In this document: piece by piece, positions 49,650-50,718 of the stretch
Position numbering within the stretch: position 1 is the stretch's first letter
Layout: each line of letters begins with the position of its first letter
Program-made: the position numbers and the translations under genes
Notes under the pieces: generated by a model
The model's input: only the letters and a program-made list of their open reading frames with translations
Databases searched by the model: none
What the model was told of the DNA's origin: nothing
NCBI GenBank assembly: GCA_041690595.1
Contig: JAWLHB010000024.1
Location: 62,001 to 112,718 of the forward strand
DNA length: 50,718 bases
Reading direction: 5' to 3'
DNA from: Lentisphaeria bacterium
GTDB taxonomy: Bacteria > Verrucomicrobiota > Lentisphaeria > JABSQK01 > JAWLHB01

Positions 49650-50718
49650 CTAGTTGTTATCATGTATCTGGTCAGGGAAGAGCTTGTCAGCACCCTGCTC
49701 GCGGGCTCGATACCACCAATGCAGCTTCCTGTCCTCAAGCCGCATCGTTGGGGTCACCCCCTGGTTGAATGTGTTGGGGTGCATGGCCTGGTTGCCACGG
49801 TGAGATGAAGGAACAACCTCATGGATCCCAGACCCAGGCATCTGGTCTGCATGGTGAAGATCAGGAGTTCCTAGGCTTTCGGGAGGGCGCCCTTGGAGCC
49901 CTTGGAGCATGTCATCCTTGGTCCATGAACCTTCGATCCGCACTGCTTCGTCCGTGACATGGTAGCCCTCACCGGTAACAGTCTGGCGCGGAACGCTCTC
50001 AGTGGCGCTACCAGTGTCTCTGTCTCCTGTTGACGCCTCTGGCTGATTGGCCATCATCAGGATGGCCCCTGATCGGACCAGAGGACCTGTGTTTACGGTA
50101 CTCCACGTTATTGCTGGCGCAAATGCGAATGCAGCCGCTTTCCCAGGTACAATCTGAAAGAGTTGCGGAGTTGGCACATTCAAGGGGAGCGGCTTCAGCG
50201 GAACACGCCACGTTAGTGCTATGGTGGCGACTGTCGCGGCCCACTCGGTGCCGCCTGCCACCCTCTCTTTCAAGCTCGCCTCCGAATCTCCAATCACCTT
50301 TACGCTTTCGGGAACAAGTGCCAGTGCCCCTCCTTCACGTACAGCGTTGACTGCTGCAACGGCAGTCTCTCTCTGCATCGCAGGATCTGTCAAGAGCATT
50401 GGCATTTCAACCGCCGATCGAGCGGTGCTCGCGAGAAAGTTTTCAACGCCTAACGCTATGCCTTCGTTGATCTGCGTAACTGCTGATTCCTCGCCAAAAA
50501 CTCCACTCGACACTCGTGCTGCGTTATACGTAGATGATTGCTTGACGACGAATCGTGTCACTTTCTCAACGAGCTCACCGAGCCAGGTCAGCCCCAGCGG
50601 GTCGATGTACATCAAGGGGTTGTTGGCGCAGAAGACGCGGTCGACGATGCCGAAGCGGCGGAGTTCCTTGAGGAAGTCTGGGTTGGTGAAGCTGCCAAGG
50701 AAGGGATCGTATTGGCGG
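49650..50718 (-). CDS. RHS-repeat polymorphic toxin, C-terminal part with LHH (HNH/EndoVII) nuclease; truncated by the window end
   Basis: Frame open to the edge: RQYDPFLGSFTNPD...FCANNPLMYIDPLGL; tip DLHHADQ...IHE...H...MH...HWWYRARE. Confidence 0.88.
   Translation of the reverse strand, partial: RQYDPFLGSFTNPDFLKELRRFGIVDRVFCANNPLMYIDPLGLTWLGELVEKVTRFVVKQSSTYNAARVSSGVFGEESAVTQINEGIALGVENFLASTARSAVEMPMLLTDPAMQRETAVAAVNAVREGGALALVPESVKVIGDSEASLKERVAGGTEWAATVATIALTWRVPLKPLPLNVPTPQLFQIVPGKAAAFAFAPAITWSTVNTGPLVRSGAILMMANQPEASTGDRDTGSATESVPRQTVTGEGYHVTDEAVRIEGSWTKDDMLQGLQGRPPESLGTPDLHHADQMPGSGIHEVVPSSHRGNQAMHPNTFNQGVTPTMRLEDRKLHWWYRAREQGADKLFPDQIHDNN

Noticed and set aside
1..50718. tRNA, rRNA, riboswitch, IS or prophage genes
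   Set aside because: None recognised by eye; an Infernal/tRNAscan run would be needed to exclude small RNAs

Overview
GC-rich bacterial chromosomal window, probably from a PVC-superphylum organism such as a Lentisphaeria-like bacterium (inferred from the H-X9-DG pilin-like gene, the LacI/GntR regulators next to large secreted carbohydrate-type proteins, and the transaldolase type). Positions 1-39.6 kb mix housekeeping genes (xylA, xseAB, lpxB, kdsD, waaA, rpmE, pnp, ltaE, transaldolase, mutL, pgi-like, trpS) with sugar-utilisation accessory genes. The best candidate for an undescribed system is at 39.6-46.5 kb. A soluble histidine kinase with an RsbU-N-terminal-like input domain and a NarL-type regulator sit divergently from a lipoprotein, a DUF3185-like protein and a large DUF3494 ice-binding-type adhesin. 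The intergenic regions share repeated 17-bp quasi-palindromes (ATGGGG-N5-CCCCAT) at matching distances from -10-like hexamers. The last 4.3 kb hold the tip of an RHS toxin (LHH nuclease), its SMI1/KNR4 immunity gene and an AT-richer array of candidate orphan immunity genes, which includes an unannotated HxE...PCxxC deaminase-like remnant. Other oddities are a MutL lacking two Zn-ligand histidines, a long hairpin in the pnp leader and recurrent 16-bp promoter spacers. No rRNA, tRNA, CRISPR array or transposase was seen. All family assignments come from motif recognition by eye, not database searches.
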